From NCBI GenBank assembly GCA_051251855.1, contig JBPOGI010000003.1:320001-384000 (forward strand): a stretch of DNA of 64,000 nucleotides. Direction: 5' to 3'. Of the stretch, positions 1 to 10,181 are shown piece by piece (the stretch's first letter is position 1; every line of letters starts with the position of its first letter). The position numbers and the translations under genes are program-made. The notes beneath the pieces are model-generated. The model did not search any database. It saw nothing but the letters and a program-made list of their open reading frames with translations, and was not told where the DNA came from. The DNA comes from Roseibacillus sp. (GTDB lineage: Bacteria > Verrucomicrobiota > Verrucomicrobiia > Verrucomicrobiales > Akkermansiaceae).

Positions 1-1275
1 GATGATTTCCTGCTGGAAGGGGATGGTGGTCTTGATACCGGAGATCATGAACTCGCCGAGGGCGCGCTTCATGCGAGCGATAGCCACGGTGCGGGAGGCG
101 CCGGTGACGATGAGTTTGGCAATCATGGAATCATAGTGCGGAGGCACGGTGTATCCAGAATAGACATGGGTGTCGACGCGGACGCCTTTTCCGCCAGGAG
201 CATACCAAAGGTCGATGGTTCCGGGGCTAGGACGGAAGCCGTTGTAGGGGTCCTCGGCATTGATACGGCACTCGATGGAGTGGCCACGAGGTTCGGCGTT
301 GAGCACGTGGTCGGAGAGGGTCTCGCCGGCAGCGATGCGGATTTGCTCTTTGATGAGCTCGCAGCCCATGACCTCTTCGGTGACGGGGTGCTCGACCTGA
401 ATCCGCGTGTTCATCTCCATGAAGTAGAAGTTCTCTTCTTCATCGACGAGGTATTCGATAGTGCCGGCGTTTTGGTAATCGATGGCGGAAATGAGGCTGA
501 CGGAGGCCTTGCCCATCTTCTCGCGTAGTGCGGGAGTGAGGAGGGGGCTGGGGCATTCCTCGATGATCTTCTGGTTGCGGCGCTGCATGGAGCAATCGCG
601 TTCGCCAAGGTGCATGTAGTTGCCGTGGCTGTCGCCCATCACTTGGAATTCGACGTGATGGGGATTGAGGACGAGCTTTTCCAAATAGCAGGCACCGTTG
701 CCAAAGCAGGCGACTGCTTCGTTGCTGGCGGCTTGGAATTGGCTGATAAATTCTTCTTCTTTGAAAACGGGACGCATACCGCGACCTCCTCCTCCGGCGG
801 TGGCCTTGACCATCACGGGGAAGCCAATTTTCTTAGCCGCCGCTAAGCCGTCTTCGGGAGTGGCAAGGAGGCCAGTGCCGGGAGTGACGGGGACGCCGTT
901 GGCGAGGGCGGTGGTGCGGGCGGTGTCTTTGTCGCCCATTTGGCGGATGACGTCGGCAGAGGGCCCAATGAATTTGACTTGGCAGCTGGCGCAAATTTCA
1001 GCAAAGCGAGGATTCTCCGAGAGAAATCCATAACCAGGGTGAATGGCGTCGGCTTCGGTGATTTCGGCAGCGGCAAGGATGCGGTCCGGCTTGAGGTAGC
1101 TATCCTTGCTGGAAGCACCTCCGATGCAAACGGCCTCATCGGCAAGTTGCACATGCATGGAATCGACGTCGGCTTCGGAGTAAACCGCCACGGAGGCAAC
1201 TCCGAGTTCGCGGCATGCACGAATGATGCGAAGAGCGATTTCCCCGCGGTTCGCGACGAGAACTTTGGAAAACAT
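1..1275 (-). CDS. accC: Acetyl-CoA carboxylase biotin carboxylase subunit (3' end outside window)
   Basis: Read by hand from ATG at 1275: MFSKVLVANRGEIALRIIRACRELG. Directly downstream of accB. Absent from the ORF track because it runs off the window. Confidence 0.95.
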   Translation of the reverse strand, partial: MFSKVLVANRGEIALRIIRACRELGVASVAVYSEADVDSMHVQLADEAVCIGGASSKDSYLKPDRILAAAEITEADAIHPGYGFLSENPRFAEICASCQVKFIGPSADVIRQMGDKDTARTTALANGVPVTPGTGLLATPEDGLAAAKKIGFPVMVKATAGGGGRGMRPVFKEEEFISQFQAASNEAVACFGNGACYLEKLVLNPHHVEFQVMGDSHGNYMHLGERDCSMQRRNQKIIEECPSPLLTPALREKMGKASVSLISAIDYQNAGTIEYLVDEEENFYFMEMNTRIQVEHPVTEEVMGCELIKEQIRIAAGETLSDHVLNAEPRGHSIECRINAEDPYNGFRPSPGTIDLWYAPGGKGVRVDTHVYSGYTVPPHYDSMIAKLIVTGASRTVAIARMKRALGEFMISGIKTTIPFQQEII

Positions 1276-1287
1276 AAGGGTGAGGCG

Positions 1288-1749
1288 TTATTGGATGCGG
1301 AAAAGAGGGTCCCCGTATTGAACAGGGCTAGAGTCTGCGACGCAAACTTCGATGATGGTGCCGGAGCGCTCGGCTTTGATTTCGTTCATCACCTTCATGG
1401 CTTCGATGATGCAAAGAGTTTGTCCTTCGCTGACGGCGGTGCCGACTTCGACAAAAGAGGGCGAGTCCGGAGAAGGCTTGCAGTAGAAGGTGCCTACCAT
1501 AGGGGAGGGGATTTCTTCTCCAGCGGCTGCGGGGGCGGAGGCCTCGGCAGGAGCTGCAGGGGCGGCGGCGACAGGGGCTTGAGCTGCAGCGGGAGCGCTC
1601 ATTTGCATGCCTCCAAGAGCTGCTTGAATGGCTTCAGCATCGAGTCCTTTCTTTAACTTGACGTTCACACCCTCTTCTTCGAGGTGGAAATAACTCAGCC
1701 CATGCTCGTTCATGAGCTCTACGATTTTACGAATTTCTTGCAGGTCCAC
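1288..1749 (-). CDS. accB: Biotin carboxyl carrier protein
   Basis: SPMVGTFY motif, EAMKVMNEI biotinylation motif and Ala/Pro linker. Confidence 0.97.
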   Translation of the reverse strand: MDLQEIRKIVELMNEHGLSYFHLEEEGVNVKLKKGLDAEAIQAALGGMQMSAPAAAQAPVAAAPAAPAEASAPAAAGEEIPSPMVGTFYCKPSPDSPSFVEVGTAVSEGQTLCIIEAMKVMNEIKAERSGTIIEVCVADSSPVQYGDPLFRIQ

Positions 1750-1874
1750 AGATTTTTCCCAATTTGGTTAGTTGGCAGAGGATAAGGGACCAAACAACGG
1801 GGTCAAGCTTGGGAAGCGACCTTGTTTCCTATCGGGAATACAAAGAAGCGGTCGCAAAAGTCGCCTTTCTGGGA

Positions 1875-3770
1875 CTATTGAGGGAGAATCTCGGCGAGAA
1901 GGGTGTCGATGTTTTCTTCGGCGATCTCGGAGTCGGGGTAGATGGCTTGGGCCTCAAGGTAGTGGGCGAGGGCGGAGGCGAGTTGGGGTTCGCGGCGGGT
2001 CTTGAGCTTTTCGGCGTTGTCGAGGGCTTTGGTGAAGTCGGCGACTTGGGGGGCGAGGAGCTCGATTTCGCGGCCAAGCTTGGGGTCGTCAGGGAATTCT
2101 TTGCGGATTTCGGCGAGTTGTTCGTAGGCACCATAGGCGGCTCCTTTTTTTGCGAACTCGGAGGCTTTGGAGATGGCGATTTCGATGCGGCGCAGATTGG
2201 TGGTGATTTCCTTGAGGGCGGCGGTGCGCTCTTCGTCTCCGCGCACGGCGAGGATGAATTCACCTTCTTCGGCGCGTTTGGCGATTTCGCGATAATTGCT
2301 CTCGGAGAGAAGGCGGTCGAAGTCGTTACGGGAGGAGACGAGCTGCGAGCTGCTGCCAACCATGTCCTTGAATTCTTGCAGCTTGGGATTGGTGGGCCAG
2401 ATGCTGGCGGCTTGCTTGATGGACTCGGCGGCCTTTTCGCTGTTCTTTGCGAGGAGGTTGGCTTTGGCATCTTCGATGGCAAGGTCGGAGGCGAGGGTGT
2501 ATCCGGCGACCGCTCCGTCAGCTTTGGCGGCGGGAAAGTCTTTGGCCATGCTCTTGAGAGAGGCGATGAGAGTTTGGGCGCGGCCGTAGTCGCGTGCCTG
2601 CATGGCGCCGTAGAGGAGGTTGAGGTCGGTGATGTAGCCTTGCACTTGGCGCTTTTTCTCGCGTGGAAGAGTGGCCACGGGGGTGAGGTATTCCCCGAGG
2701 GCGAAGGCTTCCATGAGGCGTTGGGAGGCGTTGTGGATTTCACCCCGTTCGAGGAGAAACTCGAAGGCGCTGATCGCTTTCTCGGAGTCACGAATGGCTT
2801 CGGAGGCGAGGGAGTCGAGGGTAGAAATGGTGGGGGAGGCGCCTAGAGACTCGGAAAAGAGTTTTGAGATGTCAGAGCCTTCGTCGATGCGGAGGGTGCG
2901 GTCGCCATCACGCCAAATCTGATTATAGAAGCGGGAGGCCATGAGGACGTGCTGGAAGCGGCGCTGTAGAAACCATTGTGCCATCGCGACTTGGTACTGG
3001 GTTTTGGATTGTGCCATTGCGAACTCGGTCTGGACGATGTTGGTCTTTTTGAGGGCTTCGATTTCAGCAAGGCGGCGGAGATGCTCGGCATAGCGGAGAG
3101 ATTGAATGCCGACACCAGGGGTGAGAGTTTCGGTGGTGGTGGAGCCTTTTGCTTCGGTGACCTTAGTTTCTCTGCCGAGGTCTTTAGCACGCTCGTTGCG
3201 GGCCATCTCGTCGGCGGTGTTATTGACCCTCTTGCGCTCTTGATCCATCTTGGCATTGATGAGGCGCAGGTTTCTGCCGTCCTGCTTGGCGAGCATGGCA
3301 GTGTAGATAGATTCGGCGAGGGTGGAGCAGAGGCGAGCATCGCCGGGGTAGGAGGCTGCTTGGGGGAGGAGCTTGAAGGCTTCGGCCAAGCTGGGCCCGG
3401 AATCCCGCTGGCCAGTGAGGCTGGCGAGATGCTGAGGAGAAAGAAGGTCGAGGATTTCGTCGATATCCGCGCGGTATTGCTGAGCGGCTTCGCCGTCTTC
3501 GGGAGGCTCGTTGAGGTATTTCTCAAAGCGGGCCTTAATAATGCGGCTGTCGCCAAGAGGAATGGTGACTCCAGCAACGGTGACGGTTTCGGCGGAGGGG
3601 TCGAGGAGGGGGACTTCTTGGCCGAAGGGCGATCCGCTTTCCTGTTTCTGAGAGGCGGGTGCGGTATCGGTGGGAGTGGAGGGCGCAGGCTTGGGTTCGG
3701 GAGGGGTGTAGACTTGCGCGCTGATGGGCAAGCAAAGAGAAAGCAAGAGGCCGAAAGATTTCATATTCAA
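1875..3770 (-). CDS. Secreted helical (TPR-like) hypothetical protein
   Basis: 631-aa ORF with signal peptide MNMKSFGLLLSLCLPISAQ and alpha-helical composition; no recognisable catalytic motif. Confidence 0.75.
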   Translation of the reverse strand: MNMKSFGLLLSLCLPISAQVYTPPEPKPAPSTPTDTAPASQKQESGSPFGQEVPLLDPSAETVTVAGVTIPLGDSRIIKARFEKYLNEPPEDGEAAQQYRADIDEILDLLSPQHLASLTGQRDSGPSLAEAFKLLPQAASYPGDARLCSTLAESIYTAMLAKQDGRNLRLINAKMDQERKRVNNTADEMARNERAKDLGRETKVTEAKGSTTTETLTPGVGIQSLRYAEHLRRLAEIEALKKTNIVQTEFAMAQSKTQYQVAMAQWFLQRRFQHVLMASRFYNQIWRDGDRTLRIDEGSDISKLFSESLGASPTISTLDSLASEAIRDSEKAISAFEFLLERGEIHNASQRLMEAFALGEYLTPVATLPREKKRQVQGYITDLNLLYGAMQARDYGRAQTLIASLKSMAKDFPAAKADGAVAGYTLASDLAIEDAKANLLAKNSEKAAESIKQAASIWPTNPKLQEFKDMVGSSSQLVSSRNDFDRLLSESNYREIAKRAEEGEFILAVRGDEERTAALKEITTNLRRIEIAISKASEFAKKGAAYGAYEQLAEIRKEFPDDPKLGREIELLAPQVADFTKALDNAEKLKTRREPQLASALAHYLEAQAIYPDSEIAEENIDTLLAEILPQ

Positions 3771-3916
3771 GAGAGTTAACGTTCTTAAGGCCCTATCGCC
3801 AGTCAGAAAATGTGAAGTTTCTGAAAAGAGAGATTGTGATTACTTGGAATGCTGGGCCTGTCTGAGAGGCGCTGAGGGCTTTCGCGTGGATCGTTTTGGC
3901 GGGTCGTGGACAAATA

Positions 3917-4120
3917 ATACCACTCCGAGTTTCAAAAGAGACAAATGATATTTTTTCGGCTTTTGAAATTTGCGCTTTGCGACAGCTGGAATCTGCCGGG
4001 CGCTTTTCCGAAATAGCAGCGTTTTTCCTCGGTCATGGTGCACGCACCACTTCCTCGTCATGCCTTGCTTTTTCAAAAAATCACTCCGGCATTTGTCTCT
4101 TTTGAAACTCTACTTGGTAT
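3917..4120. mobile_element. Putative MITE (non-autonomous element, ~204 bp)
   Basis: Perfect 21-bp inverted repeat GAGTTTCAAAAGAGACAAATG at 3927-3947 and 4090-4110, extending to ATACCA...TGGTAT ends (27/31 match). AT-rich and intergenic; no transposase. Confidence 0.7.
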
Positions 4121-4193
4121 AAAAACCCGCCAGAACTGACGGGTTAACGGAGTTAGAACGCCATCTCTGGCGCTTCAGTGGAGAAGCTGCCTT

Positions 4194-6020
4194 TTAAGCC
4201 AATCGCGCGGTGGCCAGCTCCTTTTGGAAGACGAGTTCCTTGGGGAGGTGGTCGTAGAGATTGAGATAGTGTTCCGCTTGGGAGGCGAGTTCGGCCTTCC
4301 ATTCTTCGGGGTCGTAGCACATGGCGGCTTCGAATTGGTCTTCGGAGAAGTTCTCGAGGTCATCAGTGTTGAAGTCGGCGAAGCGTGGGGTCCATCCGAT
4401 TTGGGTTTCGTGACCGGGGATGCGTCCGTGGCAGCGCTCGGTGATCCACTCGAGAACGCGCATGTTTTCGCCGAAGCCAGGCCAGAGGAAGTTGCCTTCG
4501 TCGTCGAGACGGAACCAGTTGACGTGGAAAAGGCGGGGCACGTTTTTGATTTGGCCACGCATATCGAGCCAGTGATGAAGATATTCGCCGGCGTTGTAGC
4601 CGATGAAGGGGAGCATGGCCATGGGGTCACGGCGGACACCAGCTTTGAGGCCGATGGCGGCGGCGGTGACTTCTGAGCCCATGGTGGCCCCGAGGTAGAC
4701 TCCGTGAGACCAGTTAAAGGCTTGAAAGACGAGTGGCATGGTGGAGGGGCGACGGCCGCCGAAGACAATGGCGGAGACGGGGACGCCGTCGGGATTTTGC
4801 CATTCGGGATCGATGGTGGGGCATTGTTCGGCGGGGGCGGTGAAGCGGGAGTTGGGATGGGCGGCAGGAGTTTCGCTCTCGGGGGTCCAGTCGTTGCCCT
4901 TCCAGTCGATGAGGTGAGCGGGCTTTTCCTTGGTGAGGCCTTCCCACCAGACGTCACCGTCGTCGGTGAGGGCGACGTTGGTGTAGATACAGTTCTCCTT
5001 CATGGAGTCCATGGCGATGGGGTTCGTCTTGTAAGAGGTGCCGGGAGCGACGCCGAAGTAGCCGGTCTCGGGGTTGATGGCGTGGAGGGAGCCATCTTCG
5101 TGTGGCCAAAGCCAGGCGATATCGTCTCCGACGATGGTGGTCTTCCAGCCCTTCTTGGCATAGCTCTCGGGCGGAACGAGCATGGCGAGATTGGTTTTGC
5201 CGCAGGCGCTGGGGAAGGCGGCGGTGAGATAGGTCTTTTCGCCTTCGGGGGACTCAAGCCCGAGGATGAGCATGTGCTCGGCCATCCAGTTGTGTTCTTG
5301 GGCGATGACGGAAGCGATGCGAAGGGCGAGACATTTTTTTCCTAACAATGCGTTGCCACCATAGCCGGATCCGTAGGACCAGATTTCGCGGGTCTCGGGG
5401 AAATGGCAGATGTATTTGTCGTCGTTGCAGGGCCAAGCGATGTCTTCTTGGCCTGGCTCGAGGGGCATTCCGGAAGTGTGGGCGCAGGGGATGAACATGC
5501 CATGGCCGTGTCGCACTTCGGGAGCGGTGCCGGCTTTCTCGTCCTCTAGTTGTTTGAGAATATGGGAGCCCATGTGGGCCATGATGCGCATGTTGACCAC
5601 GACGTAAGGTGAGTCGGTGACTTGAACCCCGATCTTAGCCAAAGGCGAAGAAGGCGGGCCCATGCAGAAGGGGATTACATACATAGTGCGGCCTTTCATG
5701 CAGCCGGTGAACTTGTCGTGCATCTTGTCGAGCATTTCGCGAGATTCGGCCCAGTTGTTGGTGGGGCCGGCTTGCACGGGGCGGCGGGTGCAGATGAAGG
5801 TGCGGTCCTCGACGCGAGCGACATCGCCTGGAGAGGAGCGGGCAAGGAAGGAGTTGGGTCTCTTCTCGGGATTAAGGCGGGTAAAGGTGCCTTTTTCAAC
5901 GAGGAGGCTGGTGAGACGGTCCCACTCCTCCTGTGTGCCAGTGCATACCTCGACGTTGTCAGGTTGGCACAGGGCGGTCATTTTTTCGATCCATTTAGCG
6001 AGAGCGGGGTGGGAAGTCAT
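4194..6020 (-). CDS. pckG: Phosphoenolpyruvate carboxykinase (GTP)
   Basis: [33 protein letters not shown] and [10 protein letters not shown] motifs. Confidence 0.97.
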   Translation of the reverse strand: MTSHPALAKWIEKMTALCQPDNVEVCTGTQEEWDRLTSLLVEKGTFTRLNPEKRPNSFLARSSPGDVARVEDRTFICTRRPVQAGPTNNWAESREMLDKMHDKFTGCMKGRTMYVIPFCMGPPSSPLAKIGVQVTDSPYVVVNMRIMAHMGSHILKQLEDEKAGTAPEVRHGHGMFIPCAHTSGMPLEPGQEDIAWPCNDDKYICHFPETREIWSYGSGYGGNALLGKKCLALRIASVIAQEHNWMAEHMLILGLESPEGEKTYLTAAFPSACGKTNLAMLVPPESYAKKGWKTTIVGDDIAWLWPHEDGSLHAINPETGYFGVAPGTSYKTNPIAMDSMKENCIYTNVALTDDGDVWWEGLTKEKPAHLIDWKGNDWTPESETPAAHPNSRFTAPAEQCPTIDPEWQNPDGVPVSAIVFGGRRPSTMPLVFQAFNWSHGVYLGATMGSEVTAAAIGLKAGVRRDPMAMLPFIGYNAGEYLHHWLDMRGQIKNVPRLFHVNWFRLDDEGNFLWPGFGENMRVLEWITERCHGRIPGHETQIGWTPRFADFNTDDLENFSEDQFEAAMCYDPEEWKAELASQAEHYLNLYDHLPKELVFQKELATARLA

Positions 6021-6172
6021 GAGATATTGTTATCGGAGTTAGTAAGGCTTGGCAAAGAGGCTTTAGGAGCCTGACAGAGAGAGGTTAGCAAGAGGTGTGC
6101 CCACTGTCTTCGCAGGAGCTCTCGGTTAGGGAGCGTATCTTGCTTTTTGTTCTTTGCTAGAGAAGGTGGAGG

Positions 6173-6532
6173 CTATTTTGCTTGGTGTTTTTCCAAAACA
6201 GCGCGATCGACAAATTCAACCACCGAGGCGTGAGTGGCTTCTAGGATGATAGTAGGGGCGCAGTTGGCTTCGAGGGCTTCGAGCCAGCGATTGAGGCAAA
6301 GGCACCAGCGGTCTCCTGCGGTCAGACCGGGGAATTGATACTCGGGACGAGGGGTACTGAGGTCGTTGCCTTTTGCTTTGCTGAAAGTGAGAAACTCTTC
6401 AGTCATGACGGCGCAGATGGTGTGCATGCCGGTATCAGATCCGGTGGTGTTGCAGCAACCGTCGCGGAAGAATCCGGTCATGGGGTTGGTGGAGCAGGAT
6501 GCGAGTTCGGTGCCGAGGATGTTGTTGGCCAT
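6173..6532 (-). CDS. DUF2237 family protein
   Basis: PMTGFFRDGCC, GNDLSTPRPEYQFPGL and GDRWCLC motifs. Confidence 0.9.
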   Translation of the reverse strand: MANNILGTELASCSTNPMTGFFRDGCCNTTGSDTGMHTICAVMTEEFLTFSKAKGNDLSTPRPEYQFPGLTAGDRWCLCLNRWLEALEANCAPTIILEATHASVVEFVDRAVLEKHQAK

Positions 6533-6592
6533 GGGTGGTGGTTAAGATGAATTTAAATAGCGTCGAAGCCATTCATTTTTTCGGGGGAGTGT

Positions 6593-7168
6593 CTAGTCCC
6601 TGTGGGTCTCGATGAATCGTTCGACTTCTGGGGTGACGTTCGCATCGATGACCAGATGGACGCGGCGTGCCTTGCCTCCATTAGAAACAGCGTGAGGTTC
6701 ACTGAGGCGAAGATACCAGCACTCGCCTTCATGCATAGTGACAGCCGTATCATTGAGTAAAAATTCAACCTGAGGGTTGGTGTGGATGGGGACGTGCAGG
6801 CGAATGGTGCCGTCTTCGAGGGAGAGGTCGTGGTCGCAGTGCTCTTTGATTTGTGAGCCAGGCGAGAGGGACATGAGCCGAACGGATGAGAGTTCGAAGG
6901 GAAAGCTCTTCAAAACAGTTTGTAGATAGGGGCAAGTGGCAAGAAAGGGAGTATCGGCAAAGTCTTCACATGTGGGATCGGAGTAGGCCATCATCACTGG
7001 GTGCTGAGCGTGGGCCGGGCCGCGAAGAGGGAGGACATCCCAGTCGCCCTCGTAGTTTTGAGTGACGAAGTGAGCGATCCAATCTGAGTCCTCGAGAAGA
7101 GCGAGATCGTCCTGCATTTTCTTAGGTGAGAATTGGAGAGTGAGCTTAAGGCGATCGGGAAGAGTCAT
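6593..7168 (-). CDS. Aspartyl/asparaginyl beta-hydroxylase domain protein (2OG-Fe(II) oxygenase)
   Basis: IKEHCD (HxD), RLHVPI, PHAVSN and RVHLVID motifs. Confidence 0.85.
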   Translation of the reverse strand: MTLPDRLKLTLQFSPKKMQDDLALLEDSDWIAHFVTQNYEGDWDVLPLRGPAHAQHPVMMAYSDPTCEDFADTPFLATCPYLQTVLKSFPFELSSVRLMSLSPGSQIKEHCDHDLSLEDGTIRLHVPIHTNPQVEFLLNDTAVTMHEGECWYLRLSEPHAVSNGGKARRVHLVIDANVTPEVERFIETHRD

Positions 7169-7255
7169 GGCACTTTTTTAGAGTGGAAAGAGAGTCTGAA
7201 ATGACAAGGAGAAAGGAAGGTTGGATTGGTGTAGGAGAAGGGTTAGCTTGCCGGC

Positions 7256-7816
7256 ATGGCAAGCGCTTCTCTTCCTGAAATTTATTCTCGGATTTGGCAG
7301 TCGTTGCAGGAGGCGGTGACGAGTTCGGAGAGTCCGTGGCGAGTATGTTCCTTGGGGACGGTTGATAAGTATGGTCGCCCTCGGAGTCGAATGGTGGTGT
7401 TGAGAGCAGAGGATATCGAGTCACGAGAGTTGCTTGTCTTTACCGATCCGAGAACGCCAAAGTGGCAGGAGATGTTAGAGAAGCCGTTGGCGGAGGTTCT
7501 ATTTTGGAATGCTGGGGAGAAGATACAATTGCGTTGTCAGTGTTCAGTGACGCTTCACGAGGGTGATGAACTGGCGGCACGTCATCAGGCTCAGTTGCCA
7601 GTGCATATGGCGGGGGATTATGCAGCGGAGAGAGAGCCGGGCACGGTGATTGAGGAGGCGGAGCGTGGAGCCGAGTTGGGGGAGAAGTGGAACTTTGGAG
7701 TAGTGGTTTTGAAAGTGGAGGAAATGGATTGGCTGGAGCTGAGGCGCGAGGGACACCGACGGGCAGGGTTTTTCTGGAAGGGGCAGGATTGCACGATGAA
7801 TTGGTTGCAGCCGTAG
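7256..7816 (+). CDS. Pyridoxamine 5'-phosphate oxidase-like FMN-binding protein
   Basis: GRPRSRMVVLR, FTDPRTPK, QLR, DWLEL...HRR and WLQP motifs. Confidence 0.85.
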   Translation: MASASLPEIYSRIWQSLQEAVTSSESPWRVCSLGTVDKYGRPRSRMVVLRAEDIESRELLVFTDPRTPKWQEMLEKPLAEVLFWNAGEKIQLRCQCSVTLHEGDELAARHQAQLPVHMAGDYAAEREPGTVIEEAERGAELGEKWNFGVVVLKVEEMDWLELRREGHRRAGFFWKGQDCTMNWLQP

Positions 7817-7859
7817 ACTGGATCCTGCAAGCATTCCGTGTTACGCCTCGGTTTCCTTT

Positions 7860-8540
7860 ATGAAGCCCACCACCAATGTTGCCGAGACTCTTGCTCCCGA
7901 TGGAGCGCACTTCCGATTGATGGAGCATGATGGAGACTACTATCTCTACATGAACGACCGGCAGGTGATGAGCACGCGGTTAACTTTGTCCGAGCGCTTG
8001 TTGGCGGATATTGGGTGTGATTTTTCTGACGGGCGGAAGAACCCTCGCGTGTTAGTGGGCGGTTTGGGTTTGGGGTTTAGCTTACGGAGAGCGTTAGAAA
8101 TCACAGGGCCAGATTCGAGGGTGGACGTCGCGGAGTTACTTCCGGAGGTGGTGCGGTGGAATACGGAGCTGATGAAAGGATACAATGATGATATTTTGGA
8201 GGACAAGAGGACCCAGATCATTGTGGCGGATGTGCACGACTGCATTCGTAAGGCGGCGGAGGGTGGGGAGAAGTATGATGCGATTCTGTTAGATGTCGAT
8301 GATGGTCCGTCGTCGTTGTTGCAGCCGCAGAACTCTCAATTGTATAAGGGAGATGGCTTGGCGCTTTTGAAGGCAGCTCTGACGCCGAAGGGCCGAATTT
8401 CCTTTTGGGCGGTGGAGCGGGATAACCGCTTGTTTCGCAGTTTGAAGAAGGCAAAATTTTGGTCGGAAGAGCATCCGGCGCCCAAGCACGAAAGGGCGAA
8501 GCGGAAGGAGCATTACGTTTACCTTGCGGAGAAGAGGTAG
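7860..8540 (+). CDS. Spermidine synthase-like SAM-dependent methyltransferase
   Basis: VLVGGLGLGFSL SAM-binding loop and YDAILLDVDDGP motif. Confidence 0.85.
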   Translation: MKPTTNVAETLAPDGAHFRLMEHDGDYYLYMNDRQVMSTRLTLSERLLADIGCDFSDGRKNPRVLVGGLGLGFSLRRALEITGPDSRVDVAELLPEVVRWNTELMKGYNDDILEDKRTQIIVADVHDCIRKAAEGGEKYDAILLDVDDGPSSLLQPQNSQLYKGDGLALLKAALTPKGRISFWAVERDNRLFRSLKKAKFWSEEHPAPKHERAKRKEHYVYLAEKR

Positions 8541-8659
8541 TTCTTTTGGTTCTTGTTAGATGAGTCTTCTCGTTGCATGGCCCTCTGCTCTACGAAGGTG
8601 AATTCAGGAATTTTGCCGAGGTTGAATTCTACTTCAGCCGAGATGGCTGAAGGCGCCTT

Positions 8660-8682
8660 CGTGGGCCAGAGGCCCACGCCAC
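8660..8682 (-). repeat. REP-like palindrome
   Basis: Minus strand reads GTGG CGTGGGCC TCT GGCCCACG, between convergent genes. A second hairpin (TTCAGCC...GGCTGAA) lies just before it. Confidence 0.45.
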
Positions 8683-8685
8683 AGA

Positions 8686-10059
8686 TTATTCTAACAAGAG
8701 GGTAGGGTCGTCGCTGGCGTTTTCGTCATCGAGCTCGAGGGCGGGGATGGAGGGGATTTGGCCGCCGATGATGCCTTGCATGTCGCCGTAAAGGCCGACG
8801 GTGTTTTTGACGACGCGCTCGATTTGTTTTTCGCGCTCTTTCCACTGCTTTTCCATCGCACGTTTTTCGCGGATGATCTGCAGTTGCATGGCTTCGAAGG
8901 CTTCTACGATGCCGGTGATTTTTTGCTGAAACTGGGTGCCGGCAAGATACTGATAGAGCATCTCCATTTTTTCATTTTTGCCGACGGAAGCGAGTTGCTC
9001 GCGGTTGACGACGAGGAGTTGTTCGCGGAGGGCAAGGACAAGGGAAAGAGCGGAGGCAGGGTCGGAGACCCAGACGCCATCGATGCGGCCAAAGCGCTTG
9101 ATGCTGGCGGGGAGGGCGACGGAGACGAGAATGCCGAGGACGGCGCGTTTCTCTTGCATGTCGTCCTTGAATTTGGTGAGCCAAGCGTCGCTCCAAGTCT
9201 TAGTGTTTTTGGTTTCCCAAAGGATGATGCCGCAATCTTGCGAGAGGGGGGTGCGCACGTTTTGCACGATGTCGGCACCGCGCACGCCTTTGGAGACGGG
9301 GGTGATTTCGTCGTGAGGGAATGATTGCCGGAGTTGTTCTTCGAGATCGATTTCGAGGGCCTCGCCTTGGCTTTCCATGGAGCCTTGTTCGGCCTTGCGC
9401 TTCATGTCTTCGACGGAAGTTTTGAGGCTGCGGATCATCTGGTCCTTTTCGAGCTCCTTGAGGCGGTGTTGCTCGCCGAGCTTTTCAGTGACCTCCTTGC
9501 TAATTGCTTCGCGCTCGGTGTCGAGTTTGCGTTGCATGGCGAGCTCGGCTTCCTCTTTTTCCTTGGCGAGTTCGCGTTGTTTTTTGCGGAGTTCGAGTTC
9601 TTGGTCTCGTAGGGCTTTGAGGCTGGCGTCTTTTTCGGCAGCGGATTCTTGCAACTCTTTAAGTTGAACTTGGAGTTCTTCCTTGGCTTTGGCGGTGGCC
9701 TTGGTTTCGGCTTCGGCGAGTTTGCGCTTGGAGTCTTCGCCTTGTTCTTTCAGGGAAGATTGAAGTTCTTTGAGCTGGTCGGCGTAGCGGGCTTCGAGTT
9801 TTTTGGCGGCAGCGGCTTCGAGTTGGGCGGATTGCTTCTTGAGCTCGCTGGCAACGAGTTCGTCGACGCTTTCTTGGTTTTTGGCGAGTTGGGCGGCTTG
9901 CTCTTTGAGGGCAGTGGTGCGCTTTTTGAGGTCGACCTCGCGTTGGGTGAACTCTTCCTTCAGCTTGCCTTCGAGCTGTTCGCGGATTTGGCTCTGGAGC
10001 GCGTCGGAGAGTTCAAACTGATGGTCGCAGTTTGGGCAAGTGATGGAGCCTTCGTTCAT
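8686..10059 (-). CDS. DUF2130 domain coiled-coil protein
   Basis: N-terminal CPNC, long coiled coil, then QGEALE...GADIVQ...ILWETKNTKTWSDAW. Confidence 0.9.
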   Translation of the reverse strand: MNEGSITCPNCDHQFELSDALQSQIREQLEGKLKEEFTQREVDLKKRTTALKEQAAQLAKNQESVDELVASELKKQSAQLEAAAAKKLEARYADQLKELQSSLKEQGEDSKRKLAEAETKATAKAKEELQVQLKELQESAAEKDASLKALRDQELELRKKQRELAKEKEEAELAMQRKLDTEREAISKEVTEKLGEQHRLKELEKDQMIRSLKTSVEDMKRKAEQGSMESQGEALEIDLEEQLRQSFPHDEITPVSKGVRGADIVQNVRTPLSQDCGIILWETKNTKTWSDAWLTKFKDDMQEKRAVLGILVSVALPASIKRFGRIDGVWVSDPASALSLVLALREQLLVVNREQLASVGKNEKMEMLYQYLAGTQFQQKITGIVEAFEAMQLQIIREKRAMEKQWKEREKQIERVVKNTVGLYGDMQGIIGGQIPSIPALELDDENASDDPTLLLE

Positions 10060-10091
10060 GGAGGAAGGCTAGGGTTGGAATTTGCTGCTGG

Positions 10092-10171
10092 GTAGCTGAA
10101 TTGGTGACAATTCGGGCGGGGAAGATGTGTTTGGAGGTTTACCCAGCCTGAGTTGTTACCAACTCAGCTAC
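10092..10171. repeat. Inverted REP doublet (REPIN-like), GTAG family
   Basis: GTAG-CTGAATTG-GTGA-CAATTCGG-GCGGGG at 10092-10121, with inverted GTAG-CTGAGTTG-GTAA-CAACTCAG-GCTGGG at 10142-10171. Confidence 0.75.
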
Positions 10172-10181
10172 ATTGAGTTTT

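Noticed and set aside
3840..4105. Short ORFs inside the MITE as a transposase
   Set aside because: Under 80 aa, with no DDE, HUH or HTH motif.
10092..10171. CRISPR array
   Set aside because: The repeats are inverted doublets, not direct repeats with spacers, and no cas genes are present.
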